A DNA stretch of 64,000 bases from Alphaproteobacteria bacterium (lineage in GTDB: Bacteria; Pseudomonadota; Alphaproteobacteria; CADEGL01). The translations under genes were made by a program, and so were the position numbers. Below are positions 1-9,300 of this stretch, one piece after another (the first letter of the stretch is position 1; every line of letters begins with the position of its first letter). The notes under the pieces were generated by a model, which was not told where the DNA came from, did no database searches, and saw only the letters and a list, made by a program, of their open reading frames with translations. The stretch is taken from contig JAPLOM010000011.1 of assembly GCA_026400755.1 (NCBI GenBank), positions 14,815 through 78,814 on the forward strand, read 5' to 3'.

Positions 1-702
1 CGTGTCGAGGCCGGGGTCCAGGCCGATATGCTCGCTGATGTTCTGAAGCTGATGGAACGGCTTGGCCGCGATCATGGGCAGAAGCCACAGCGTCACCGCC
101 AGCCACGAATCGAAGGCGACCGACAGCGCAGCGATGATCGCATAGCCGACCCAATGCCAGCGCACCTCGACGACCACATAGCGGCGCTGAGAGGCAGTCA
201 ACCAATACGCCCAGGACGGGATCGCGCCCCGCGCGATGTCGAACAACATCTTCACGCGGAAGATCCAGTAGCCGAGACCGGAAAGATAAAGGAGGAAATT
301 GCCGAGCGTGTATTTCAGCCGCATCAAAAGCTCGGCGTCCTTTTCCCAATTCCCAGTGTTGCGGTGATGGGCGAAATGGACCCAGCGTTCCCACATGCAG
401 GGATAAAGAAGAATGAATCCCGTGCAATGGGTCATGACGTTGTTGACCCGGCGCGTCTTGAACGCGGTCAGGTGGTTGCCTTCATGTTGGGCCGCGAACA
501 GCGTGTTGATGAGATAGCCGTGCAGCAGGAACAGCGGCACCGCCCACCAAGTGCCCCAGGTCGCCCACAGCGCCCAGCCCGTGGCGCCGAGCGCGCCCAC
601 ATGGCTCGCGAGTTGAAGCGCGCCGCGCAGATCCGAACGGCGTGACAATTCCTTCAACTGGCGCGGATTGATGATGTCCGTGCGCGAAACCCAACCGTCC
701 AT
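1..702 (-). CDS. Membrane fatty-acid desaturase-family (MocD-like) di-iron oxygenase, 3' end beyond window edge
   Basis: Manual translation from ATG 702: MDGWVSRTDIINPRQLKELSRRSDLRGALQLASHVGALG...QHECNHLTAFKTR...HFAHHRNT...QNISEH. His boxes and TM segments; SD-like AAGGGA upstream. The + strand ORF 28..645 is its shadow. Confidence 0.85.
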   Translation of the reverse strand, partial: MDGWVSRTDIINPRQLKELSRRSDLRGALQLASHVGALGATGWALWATWGTWWAVPLFLLHGYLINTLFAAQHEGNHLTAFKTRRVNNVMTHCTGFILLYPCMWERWVHFAHHRNTGNWEKDAELLMRLKYTLGNFLLYLSGLGYWIFRVKMLFDIARGAIPSWAYWLTASQRRYVVVEVRWHWVGYAIIAALSVAFDSWLAVTLWLLPMIAAKPFHQLQNISEHIGLDPGLDT

Positions 703-814
703 GACCGTCCCTTCATGCACGAGGTCCGGCCGCGGCCGGTCAGGGGATTCTGACCTTGGGGAAACTCCTGGAAATATGGACGTTTCGACCCATAAGTTCT
801 AACCTGACCAAACC

Positions 815-1789
815 ATGGCAGTGGAAGGTCGCGCATTCCGAGGGGCACTGGGCGATGCCGATCTTAGGCTGCTGCGCGTCTTTCGCGCGGTGGTCGAGGC
901 CGGCGGCCTGTCTGCGGCCGAATCGGTCCTGAACGTCGGCCGTTCGACCATCAGCACCCATATCGCGGATTTGGAGCGGCGGCTGCATATGCGGCTGTGC
1001 CGGCGCGGCCGGGGCGGCTTTGCCCTCACCGAGCACGGCCAAGTGGTCTATGACGCGACCCTCAAACTTCTGGTGTCCCTGGAGGATTTCCGCGCCGAGG
1101 TGAATGGCGCGCATGCCCAACTGGCGGGCGAGCTGAATTTGGCGTTCGTCGAGCACAGCACGCGCCATCCCGGCTTTCGCCTGGATGCCGCCTTGCGCGC
1201 CTTCAGCGAGCGCGCACCCAGCGTCCACGTGAACCTAGAGGCCCGCGGCATCGCCGAGATCGAGCAAGCCGTCCTGCACGGCCGTCTTCATGTCGGCATC
1301 GTCATTGCCAACCGGCGGCTGGCGGGCCTCAACTATCGCTATCTTCTGTCCGAAATTCAGGCGCCGTTTTGCGCCAAAGGCCATCCGCTGTTCAGCCGGC
1401 CGGATGCCTCGATCACCTTGGACGAGATCGCCAGCCAGGACTATGTCAGCCGGTCCTATATCGACGAATCCAAGGCGCGACAGGGTTATTTGCGGGGCGC
1501 GCCGGCCGCGACCGCGCACAATCTGGAGGCCGTGGTCACCCTGATTCTGAGCGGGCGCTATATCGGCATCATGCCAACGGATTTTCCCGAGGAATGGGTG
1601 CGCCAAGGCGCGATCCGCGCGATTCGGCCGGACCTGACATCCTACCCCCGCGATTTCGAGGTGGTGACGCGCAAGGGCACACCCCCGACGCCGGTGGTCG
1701 CCGCGTTTCTCGACGAATTGTTCAAATCGCACCAGGTCGCGAAACCAGCCGCGCCACGTGCGCCCGCGCCGGCACGGCGCAGGCGCTGA
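815..1789 (+). CDS. LysR-family transcriptional regulator
   Basis: N-terminal HTH (LRLLRVFRAVVEAGGLSAAESVLNVGRSTISTHIADLE...LTEHG) plus substrate-binding domain; divergent from the desaturase. Confidence 0.93.
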   Translation: MAVEGRAFRGALGDADLRLLRVFRAVVEAGGLSAAESVLNVGRSTISTHIADLERRLHMRLCRRGRGGFALTEHGQVVYDATLKLLVSLEDFRAEVNGAHAQLAGELNLAFVEHSTRHPGFRLDAALRAFSERAPSVHVNLEARGIAEIEQAVLHGRLHVGIVIANRRLAGLNYRYLLSEIQAPFCAKGHPLFSRPDASITLDEIASQDYVSRSYIDESKARQGYLRGAPAATAHNLEAVVTLILSGRYIGIMPTDFPEEWVRQGAIRAIRPDLTSYPRDFEVVTRKGTPPTPVVAAFLDELFKSHQVAKPAAPRAPAPARRRR

Positions 1790-1792
1790 GCG

Positions 1793-1999
1793 TCAGGGCG
1801 TGCAGCCCGGCGGATTGTCGTTGGGGTTGCCGTTGGGCGGCGGGCACGGCGTCACACCCATCATTCCCGCCTGGGCTTCGCGCTCGAGGCGGAGGACGAT
1901 CGGAGCGGCATAGGTCACGCCAACCGCCAGCCCCAGCTTGGCCAGGGCCTTACGGCGGCTGATCTCGACCTGAGCATCCGGCGCGGCGTGTTTCTTCAT
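1793..1999 (-). CDS. Small 68-aa peptide with twin-arginine-like leader and Cys-bracketed Pro/Asn-rich core
   Basis: SRRKALAKLG motif, hydrophobic stretch with YAAP, AQA cleavage site; SD GGAG upstream; sigma54 promoter upstream; fills the gap between lysR and mmcB. Confidence 0.8.
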   Translation of the reverse strand: MKKHAAPDAQVEISRRKALAKLGLAVGVTYAAPIVLRLEREAQAGMMGVTPCPPPNGNPNDNPPGCTP

Positions 2000-2025
2000 G
2001 AGCCCATTCTCCCATACCAGTACCT

Positions 2026-2041
2026 AGCAAACCATATGCCA
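2026..2041 (-). promoter_or_regulatory. sigma54 (-24/-12) promoter of the small peptide gene
   Basis: Minus strand TGGCAT-ATGGT-TTGCT versus consensus TGGCAC-N5-TTGCW; predicted +1 near 2015, just before the SD. Confidence 0.75.
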
Positions 2042-2087
2042 TGGCGCGTCTGGACCGCATTCATTCCGGTGATAAGATCGCTCATCC

Positions 2088-2558
2088 ATGAGCCAAGCCA
2101 TCGTCATCGCCGCCGGGCTTCCCAGCGCGGATACCGAAACCCGTCTGGCCATAGCACTTGCCCGTGGCATCAGCCGCGCCCTGGCCGACCAAGGCTACGG
2201 CACGTTAGTGGAATTCTCCCTCAACAACGGACGACGTGCCGACGTGATCGGCCTGGACGGCGCCGGCCGCTTTATCATCATCGAGATCAAGACCAGCGAC
2301 GCCGATTTTCGCGCCGACCGGAAATGGCCGGAGTATCGCGAGCATTGCGACCTGTTCTATTTCGCGGTTCCGGTGGGCTTTCCGCAGACCATCCTGCCGC
2401 CCGACTGCGGCCTGATGGTGGCCGACGCCTACGCGGCCGCGGTGATCCGCGAGTCCGAGGAAATCCCCATGAACGGCAGCCGGCGCCGCGCCCAGGTGTT
2501 GCGCTTCGGCCTGGTCGCCAGCGAACGGCTGCAGCGGCTGGCCGATCCGCGCCTTTAG
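2088..2558 (+). CDS. mmcB: MmcB family DNA repair protein (PD-(D/E)XK nuclease-like)
   Basis: GRRADV...IIEIKTSDADFRADRKWPEYREHCDLFYFAVP motifs. Confidence 0.88.
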   Translation: MSQAIVIAAGLPSADTETRLAIALARGISRALADQGYGTLVEFSLNNGRRADVIGLDGAGRFIIIEIKTSDADFRADRKWPEYREHCDLFYFAVPVGFPQTILPPDCGLMVADAYAAAVIRESEEIPMNGSRRRAQVLRFGLVASERLQRLADPRL

Positions 2559-2559
2559 G

Positions 2560-4026
2560 CTATTTCGTCAGCTTGGCGATGGTGCCGGTCGTGCTATGGC
2601 CAGGCAGAAGCTCGGCCAGGATGACGCGTCCGCCATGACGCTGGACCACCTCGGCGCCCACCACCGTCTCGATCGTGTAGTCCGACCCTTTCACCAACAC
2701 GTCGGGGCGGATTTGCTCGATCAGGGAAAGCGGCGTGTCCTCGCCGAAGATCGTCACCAGATCGACAGCGGCCAGCGAGGCCAGGACGGCGCTGCGCGCC
2801 GATTCGTTCTGCACGGGGCGCGTCGGACCCTTTAGGCGTTTGACCGAGGCGTCGCTGTTCAACCCGACGACCAGCCGGTCGCAGGCTGCCTTGGCTTGGG
2901 ACAAGAGCGTGACGTGACCTGGGTGCAGGAGGTCGAAGACGCCGTTGGTGAAGCCGACGACGAGGCCTTCCTTGCGCCAGCGCTCGACACGCGCCAGCGC
3001 GTCGTCGTGCGCCGCGATCTTGCTTTCGTCGGCCAGGAGATCCTGGGTGTGGAGGGCGGTGAAAACTTCGTCGGCCGTGGCGACCGCGGTGCCGGTCTTA
3101 CCCACCACGATGCCGGCCGCGACATTGGCCAAGCGTGCCGCGTCGGGCAGCGTCACACCCGCGGCCAGCGCCGCGGCCAGCATGGCCACGACCGTATCGC
3201 CCGCGCCCGAAACGTCGAACACCTCGCGCGCCTCGGCGGGCAAATGCGTGACCTCGCCCCCGCGCGCGAACAGCGTCATGCCGTCGGCGCCGCGCGTCAC
3301 CAAAAGGGACTCGAGCGCGCATTCGGCGATCAGTTTTCCGGCCGCCGCGCCGATCTCCTCGTCCGTGCCAACCGGCATGCCCGTGGCGGCCGCCAGTTCG
3401 GCGCGGTTGGGCGTCAGCACGGTGGCGCCACGGTAACGCGAGAAATCCTTGCCCTTGGGATCGACGACGACGGGCCGCTTCTGCGTCCGGCCGGCGTCGA
3501 TCAAGGCGCGCATCAGCTCGGGCGTCAGCACGCCCTTGCCATAGTCCGACAGCACAATCACGGACGCGTCGGCGACCGCGCCCACGGCCACGCGGCGCAG
3601 ATCCTCGGCGACCGAGGGCGCCAGCGGAGCGAGCGTTTCCCTGTCCGTACGCAGAAGCTGCTGGCCGCCCGCGACGTAACGGGTCTTGACCGTGGTCATC
3701 CGCCCGCGCTCGACCGACAGATATGGCTCGTGCTTGTCATGCGCCGCGACCAGGGCGCTGATCTCGCGGCCGGCCTGATCGTTGCCGACGACGGAGGCGA
3801 AGGCGACGTGGGCGCCCAGAGCCGAGAGATTGCGCACGACATTGCCCGCGCCGCCCAGCATGGCGGCCTCGCGCTCCATGCGCAGGACGGGAATCGGCGC
3901 CTCGGGCGAGATGCGTTCGACCGCGCCATAGACATACCGGTCCAGCATGACGTCGCCGACGCACAGCACATGGGCGTCCTTGAGCCGCTCGATGGCAGCG
4001 GCCAGATCCGAGCGCGTCGCCGTCAT
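2560..4026 (-). CDS. hldE: Bifunctional heptose-7-phosphate kinase / heptose-1-phosphate adenylyltransferase
   Basis: VGDVMLDRY...RISPEAP, DVSGAGDTV, GFTNGVFDLLHPGH; start MTATRSD overlaps the gmhA stop (ATGA). Confidence 0.95.
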   Translation of the reverse strand: MTATRSDLAAAIERLKDAHVLCVGDVMLDRYVYGAVERISPEAPIPVLRMEREAAMLGGAGNVVRNLSALGAHVAFASVVGNDQAGREISALVAAHDKHEPYLSVERGRMTTVKTRYVAGGQQLLRTDRETLAPLAPSVAEDLRRVAVGAVADASVIVLSDYGKGVLTPELMRALIDAGRTQKRPVVVDPKGKDFSRYRGATVLTPNRAELAAATGMPVGTDEEIGAAAGKLIAECALESLLVTRGADGMTLFARGGEVTHLPAEAREVFDVSGAGDTVVAMLAAALAAGVTLPDAARLANVAAGIVVGKTGTAVATADEVFTALHTQDLLADESKIAAHDDALARVERWRKEGLVVGFTNGVFDLLHPGHVTLLSQAKAACDRLVVGLNSDASVKRLKGPTRPVQNESARSAVLASLAAVDLVTIFGEDTPLSLIEQIRPDVLVKGSDYTIETVVGAEVVQRHGGRVILAELLPGHSTTGTIAKLTK

Positions 4027-4607
4027 GGCTGAACCAGACCCAGCTCGAGTTCCAGCGCGCCGCACAGCATCTGGCCGATGGTGATGTGCATTTCCTGGAT
4101 GCGCGCGGTGGTCTTGGACGGGACGATCAGCAAGGGATCGGCCAGGCCCGGCAGGGCGCCGCCGTCGCCGCCGGACAACGCCGCCGGCACGATGCCCATC
4201 TCGCGCGCGGCCTCCAGCGCCTTGAGCACATTGGCGCTGCGCCCGGAGGTGCTGATACCAATGGCCACATCCCCCTTGCGCCCGAGAGCGCGCACCTGGC
4301 GCGCGAACAACTGGTCGAAGCCCAGATCGTTGCCAATCGCGGTCAGGGCCGAGCTATCCGTCGTCAGCGCAATGGCCGCGATGGGCGCCCGGTCGCGCTT
4401 GTAACGGACGGTCAGCTCGGTCGCCAAATGCTGGGCGTCGGCGGCGCTGCCGCCGTTGCCGAAGAAGAGAAGCTTGTTGCCCGCACGAATGGCTTCGGCC
4501 GAAAGGTGCAAGAGCCGCGCGAACGGCTCGGCCAGCGCGGACCGGGCGGCTTCCGCCACCTTCATATGCTCCGCCCACTCGCTGTCATAAAACCGGCCGA
4601 GATCCAT
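4023..4607 (-). CDS. gmhA: D-sedoheptulose-7-phosphate isomerase
   Basis: GNGGSAADAQH, ISTSGRS, TARIQEMH motifs; start ATG 4607 (alternative 4619). Confidence 0.95.
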   Translation of the reverse strand: MDLGRFYDSEWAEHMKVAEAARSALAEPFARLLHLSAEAIRAGNKLLFFGNGGSAADAQHLATELTVRYKRDRAPIAAIALTTDSSALTAIGNDLGFDQLFARQVRALGRKGDVAIGISTSGRSANVLKALEAAREMGIVPAALSGGDGGALPGLADPLLIVPSKTTARIQEMHITIGQMLCGALELELGLVQP

Positions 4608-4683
4608 GCCTGCCCCCATGGCCGAGGGTATATCGGATTCCGGCCCCGGCCAGAAGCGCACCTTGCAAGCGGGACGCCAGGAA

Positions 4684-5880
4684 CTAGGCCCGGGAGGCCG
4701 CCAGGACGCGTTCGAATTCGTCGCCGATACGCCCCATGCCGAAGCGGCTTGCAGCATAGGCCGCGGCGTTGGCGCCGAGGCGCACCCGCTCGGCCTCGTC
4801 GGCCAAAAGCCGGTCGGCGGCGGCCAGAAAGCCCCGTTCGTCGTCAGGCGCCACGACCACGCCCAGTCCATTGTCGCGCACCATACGGGCGGCCAGGTTC
4901 TCGGCCGGCATGGCGCCCAGCACCGGCCGGCCGGCGCACAGATAACTGAGCACCTTGGACGGCACGGAGAAAACGCCCGCGTCCGCGCCCAGGACCGCCA
5001 ACATCACATCGCCCGTACCCAGCACGTCCGGCATTTCGCCGTAAGGTTGGAAGGGAAGCACGTGCAACGAATCGAGCCCTTCGTCACGCTTGTACGCCGC
5101 CAGGACGTCGGCGCCACGCCCTTCGGAGACCACCACCACGGCCGCGTCCGTGCGCCCCTTCAGATGGCGCGCCAGCGCGACCAGCAGGCCGGGGTCGTGC
5201 TTCAACCCCATGCTGCCGGTGTAGAGAAAGACGCGGCGGTCGATGAGCCGGTGCTTCTCCGCCCATGGGTTGCGGCGCGGGCGGGGGACAATCTCACCGA
5301 GCGGCCCCCAATTCTCGATGACATGCAGCCTTTCCGCAGGAACGCCCCAGCCGCGCAGGATCGGCGTGAAATCGTCGGTGATCAGGACCAGCGCATCGGC
5401 CTCGCGCGCGAAGCGCTTTTCCATCGCGATGTGGTAACGGCCGACGATCTCGCCTGCGATGGGCAAGCGCGCGCGCAGGATTTTATGGGAAGCGATGCCG
5501 AGCAGATCCTGCACCCAGAAAACAAAGCGCGCCCCGACGGCCTTGAGCGCGGGGCGGGCGGGCGCCAGCACGTCGAGAGGAGTGTTGCCGATAATGGCGA
5601 CCTCAGGCCGCCATTCGCGGATCACGTCAGCCAGCACCGCGCCATAGGCACGCTCGTCGCGCCAGCGCTGGCCGAAACTGTTGCGCCGATAGTCCTGGCC
5701 GGCCGCCAGCGGCCGAATCTCGAGACCCGCCGGATCGTCAGCCTGGTGCGCCAGGGCACCCTTGGGGGTCTTGTTGACCGAGGAATAGAGGTGGAGGACG
5801 GCATGGCCGCGCCGCGCCAGTTCGCGGCTCAACTGGACCGCGAAGGGGTGGCCTGCGAAATCATGCACCAGGATGCGCAA
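4684..5880 (-). CDS. Glycosyltransferase family 4 (WcaI-like)
   Basis: TTG start LRILVHDFAGHPF with GAGG SD; WVQD, YTGSMGLKH, VPSKVLSYLCAGRPV motifs. The 680-aa track ORF is over-extended into the opposite-strand GT2. Confidence 0.88.
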   Translation of the reverse strand: MRILVHDFAGHPFAVQLSRELARRGHAVLHLYSSVNKTPKGALAHQADDPAGLEIRPLAAGQDYRRNSFGQRWRDERAYGAVLADVIREWRPEVAIIGNTPLDVLAPARPALKAVGARFVFWVQDLLGIASHKILRARLPIAGEIVGRYHIAMEKRFAREADALVLITDDFTPILRGWGVPAERLHVIENWGPLGEIVPRPRRNPWAEKHRLIDRRVFLYTGSMGLKHDPGLLVALARHLKGRTDAAVVVVSEGRGADVLAAYKRDEGLDSLHVLPFQPYGEMPDVLGTGDVMLAVLGADAGVFSVPSKVLSYLCAGRPVLGAMPAENLAARMVRDNGLGVVVAPDDERGFLAAADRLLADEAERVRLGANAAAYAASRFGMGRIGDEFERVLAASRA

Positions 5881-6033
5881 CAGGGTCAGCCTCGACGATG
5901 AATGCCGGAAAGATAGCCGTTCCACAGGCGTCCGGGCGAGCCCGGCTTGCCCTCCGCGCGCGGCTGCCGATAAGGTCGGCCCGCCTGGCGCGGGACCTGC
6001 ATAGGATAGACTTCCATTCCGTCTGGAAACGCG

Positions 6034-6801
6034 ATGCACGCCCATATCACCCCAGCCGTTTTGACCTTCAACGAGGCGTCCAATATCGGGCGCATGCTCG
6101 AACGCCTGGCCTGGGCCAAGGATGTTGTGGTCGTCGACAGCGGGTCCAGCGACGAAACCGTGGCCATCGCCAAGCGGTTCCCGAATGTGCGCGTCTTCGT
6201 CCGGCCTTTCGACACCCATTGGAACCAATGGACCTTCGCGCAGAAGGAAACCGGCATCCGCACGGAATGGATGATGCGACTCGACGCCGACTACATCCTG
6301 TCGGAACCGTTGATCGACGAGCTGGGCGCTCTGCGACCCACGGACGATGTTTCCGCCTACAACACCCGCTTCGTTTATTGCATCCATGGGCGGCCGCTGC
6401 GCGCGTCGCTCTATCCGCCGCGCCCGCGCCTGTTCCGTGTCGCGCGCGGACGCTTCTACGAGGACGGGCATGCCGATGAAACGGCGATCGAGGGACGAAT
6501 TCTCGACCTGGTTCATCCGATCTTCCACGACGACCGCAAGCCCATGCTTTATTGGATCGGTTCGCAGGCGCGCTACATGGCGCTCGAGTCCGAGAAGATC
6601 GCGCAATCGAATGCACTGTCGCTGCCGGATCGGCTGCGACGCGACACCGTGCTGATGCCATTCGTCGCCTTCGTCTACCTCTTGTTCGTGCGCGGCCTCA
6701 TCCTCGATGGGCGAGCAGGGCTGCATTACTGCCTGCAGCGGACGCTGGCCGACTTCATGTTGAAGCTTTATCTCGTCGACCGCCGCATGCGGGACCGATG
6801 A
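6034..6801 (+). CDS. Glycosyltransferase family 2 (beta-1,4-glucosyltransferase-like)
   Basis: LTFNEASNI, VVDSGSSDET, LDADY (DxD) and LILDGRAG motifs. Confidence 0.92.
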   Translation: MHAHITPAVLTFNEASNIGRMLERLAWAKDVVVVDSGSSDETVAIAKRFPNVRVFVRPFDTHWNQWTFAQKETGIRTEWMMRLDADYILSEPLIDELGALRPTDDVSAYNTRFVYCIHGRPLRASLYPPRPRLFRVARGRFYEDGHADETAIEGRILDLVHPIFHDDRKPMLYWIGSQARYMALESEKIAQSNALSLPDRLRRDTVLMPFVAFVYLLFVRGLILDGRAGLHYCLQRTLADFMLKLYLVDRRMRDR

Positions 6802-8570
6802 GCAAGCCCGTTCATATCCTCGGCCTCAATGCCTATCACGCCGACGCCTCCGCCTGCCTCGTCAGCGACGGCGTCCTTGTCGCGGCGGCGGAAGAGGAGC
6901 GCTTTCGCCGCATCAAGCATTGGGCGGGGTTCCCAAGCGAAGCCATCCGCTACTGCCTAGAAGCTGGCGGCATAAGCCTCGATCAAGTCGCCCATGTCGC
7001 GATCAACCGCGATCCGCGCGCGCATCTGTGGCGGAAGGTTTCCTACAGCGTGGCCAACCGGCTGAACGCCTCGTTCCTGCGCGGCCGCTTAAAGAACGCG
7101 CGCAAATGGGCCGGCGTCGAGGACGAATTGACCGCCGCATTTCCCGATCAGCGTTTCGCGGGTGTTGCGCATAACGTGGAGCATCACCGCGCGCATCTCG
7201 TTTCGGCCTACCACCTGTCGCCGTTCGATGACGCCACCGTCGTGTCGATCGACGGGTTCGGCGACTTCTGCTCCGCGGCATGGGGGCGTGGACGGAACGG
7301 CACGCTCACGGTCGAAGGGCGCGTCTTCTATCCCCACTCGCTGGGCCAGTTCTACGAAGCCATGACCCAGCATCTGGGTTTTCCCCATTACGGCGACGAA
7401 TACAAAGTGATGGGGCTGGCGCCCTATGGCGAGCCACGCTTCATGGAGCAGATGCGCCGCATCGTGCGGCTGGAGGAAGGCGGCAGTTTCGAGCTCGATT
7501 TGCGTTTCTTCGGTTACGCCACCGGCAATTACACCTACCAATGGTCCGGCGGCTCACCCCATGTGGGCACGCTGTTCACGCCCGCCGTGGAGGCGCTTCT
7601 GGGTCCCGCCCGCAAGCCGGAGGAAAAGCTGGACCAGCGGCATTTCGACATGGCGCGCTCGACCCAAGCCATGTTCGAGGAGGCCGCTTTCCATCTCTAC
7701 AACACGCTGCACCGGCGCCATGCGGTCGACGCCATCGCCATCGCGGGGGGGTGCGGCTTCAACTCCGTGGCCAACGGGCGGCTTTATCACCGCACGCCCT
7801 ATCGGCGCTGCTACGTCCAGGCAGCAGCCGGAGATTCCGGCGGCGCGGTCGGTGCGGCCTATGACGTGTGGCACCGCCATGCAGGCGAAGGCGCACGCTG
7901 CTTCACAATGAACCATGCCTATTGGGGCCCGGAGTTCGGTGACGATGCCATCGCCGCCGCCATCGCCGCGCGGCAAAGCGAAATCGACGCCAAGGGTTGC
8001 GCGGTCGAAACGATGACGGGCGATGCCCTCTATACGCGTACCGCCGCCGCCATCGCGGCCGGCAAGGTGATCGGATGGTTCCAGGGACGTTTGGAGTGGG
8101 GGCCGCGGGCGCTCGGCAACCGCTCGATCCTGGCCGATCCGCGTCGCGCCGACATGAAGGACATCTTGAATCTCAAGATCAAACGCCGAGAGTCCTTCCG
8201 GCCCTTCGCGCCTTCGATCCTGCGCGAAGCCGTGTCCGATTGGTTCGAGACCGATGACGACGTGCCGTTCATGATGCAGGTGTTCCAGATTCGCGAGGAC
8301 AAGCGGTCGCGCATCCCCGCCGTGACCCATGTGGACGGCTCTGGCCGGCTGCAGACCGTCACGCGCGAGACGAACGAACGCTATTACAGACTCATCCAGG
8401 CCTTCGCCGACGAGACCGGCGTGCCCATGCTGCTGAACACCTCGTTCAACGAGAACGAACCCATGGTGTGCAAGCCGGAGGAAGCGCTCGACTGTTTCCT
8501 GCGCACCAACATGGACGTTCTAGTGATGGGCGATTACCTGATCGAGCGCCGCGCCGCGACATCCGCGTAG
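6798..8570 (+). CDS. NodU/CmcH-family O-carbamoyltransferase
   Basis: ILGLNAYHADASA, EEERFRRIKH, VEHHRAH, EYKVMGLAPYG, EWGPRALGNRSILADP, LLNTSFN; ATGA overlap with the GT2 gene. Confidence 0.93.
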   Translation: MSKPVHILGLNAYHADASACLVSDGVLVAAAEEERFRRIKHWAGFPSEAIRYCLEAGGISLDQVAHVAINRDPRAHLWRKVSYSVANRLNASFLRGRLKNARKWAGVEDELTAAFPDQRFAGVAHNVEHHRAHLVSAYHLSPFDDATVVSIDGFGDFCSAAWGRGRNGTLTVEGRVFYPHSLGQFYEAMTQHLGFPHYGDEYKVMGLAPYGEPRFMEQMRRIVRLEEGGSFELDLRFFGYATGNYTYQWSGGSPHVGTLFTPAVEALLGPARKPEEKLDQRHFDMARSTQAMFEEAAFHLYNTLHRRHAVDAIAIAGGCGFNSVANGRLYHRTPYRRCYVQAAAGDSGGAVGAAYDVWHRHAGEGARCFTMNHAYWGPEFGDDAIAAAIAARQSEIDAKGCAVETMTGDALYTRTAAAIAAGKVIGWFQGRLEWGPRALGNRSILADPRRADMKDILNLKIKRRESFRPFAPSILREAVSDWFETDDDVPFMMQVFQIREDKRSRIPAVTHVDGSGRLQTVTRETNERYYRLIQAFADETGVPMLLNTSFNENEPMVCKPEEALDCFLRTNMDVLVMGDYLIERRAATSA

Positions 8571-9172
8571 AGCGTCTCCAGCTCGATGGCGATCCGCGGC
8601 CAGGTGAACTTCTCCCGCGCGAGTTTGCGGCCGGCCTCGCCCATGCGCCGCGCCGCCGTCGGATCGCCCAGCAGCTGCTCCAAAAGCCCCGTAAACGCGT
8701 TCGTATCGCAAGGGCTGACCAGGCCAGCGCCGCCCAGTTCCACCTCACGCCAAAGATTGACCTGATCGGAAATGGCGACGGGCACTCCAGCCGCCATGGC
8801 CTCTAGAACCGCGATGCCGAAATTCTCGCTGTAGGACGGCAAGACGAAGACCGACGCGGCGGTCAGAGCGGCGCCTTTGTCTTCGCCTTCGAGCATGCCG
8901 GTGCGCGTGGCCTTGTGCGCGACACCGGCCTTCCGCAGCCATTCGTCCACCTGGGCGCCCATTCCGTCATCAGGCCCGGCCAGCACCAGGTGGGTGTCGG
9001 GAAATCTCTGGGCGATGCGCCCAAACGACGACGCCAAGATGTCGAGGCCCTTCTTCTCATGCAGGCGGCTCAGGAACAGGACGATGCGCTTGGCGCGCGT
9101 CTCCGGATGCCGCGCGAAGAATCGATCAGGCGACGGCAGCGAAGCGGGCCACGATCGGCCGCGCGAAACCAC
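8534..9172 (-). pseudogene. Truncated glycosyltransferase family 4 (C-terminal nucleotide-sugar-binding domain only)
   Basis: FLSRLHEKKGLD, PSYSENFGIAVLEAMAAGVPV and FTWPRIA are present; the N-terminal acceptor domain is absent, only ~130 bp separate it from the divergent ABC gene, and there is no clear SD. Confidence 0.7.
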
Positions 9173-9300
9173 GGAACTCGATCACGGCCGGCGCATTGTC
9201 GGGAGATACCGTTCTCGTCATCGTGCACGAGTGTGCCACAGCGGCAGCGGCCGCGCCTACGTCCTGGCCCGTCGCAGCGATTTCACGCATAGTCCGGCCC

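Noticed and set aside
28-645. 205-aa + strand ORF
   Set aside because: Antisense shadow of the minus-strand desaturase, which carries the His-box motifs.
1793-1870. Lasso-peptide interpretation of the small peptide core
   Set aside because: The core starts with Gly but has no Asp/Glu at positions 7-9, and no lasso cyclase or peptidase is nearby.
2000-2087. LexA box upstream of mmcB
   Set aside because: No alphaproteobacterial GTTC-N7-GTTC direct repeat is present.
5881-6726. N-terminal extension of the 680-aa GT4 track ORF
   Set aside because: It overlaps the opposite-strand GT2 gene; GT4 similarity starts only at TTG 5880.
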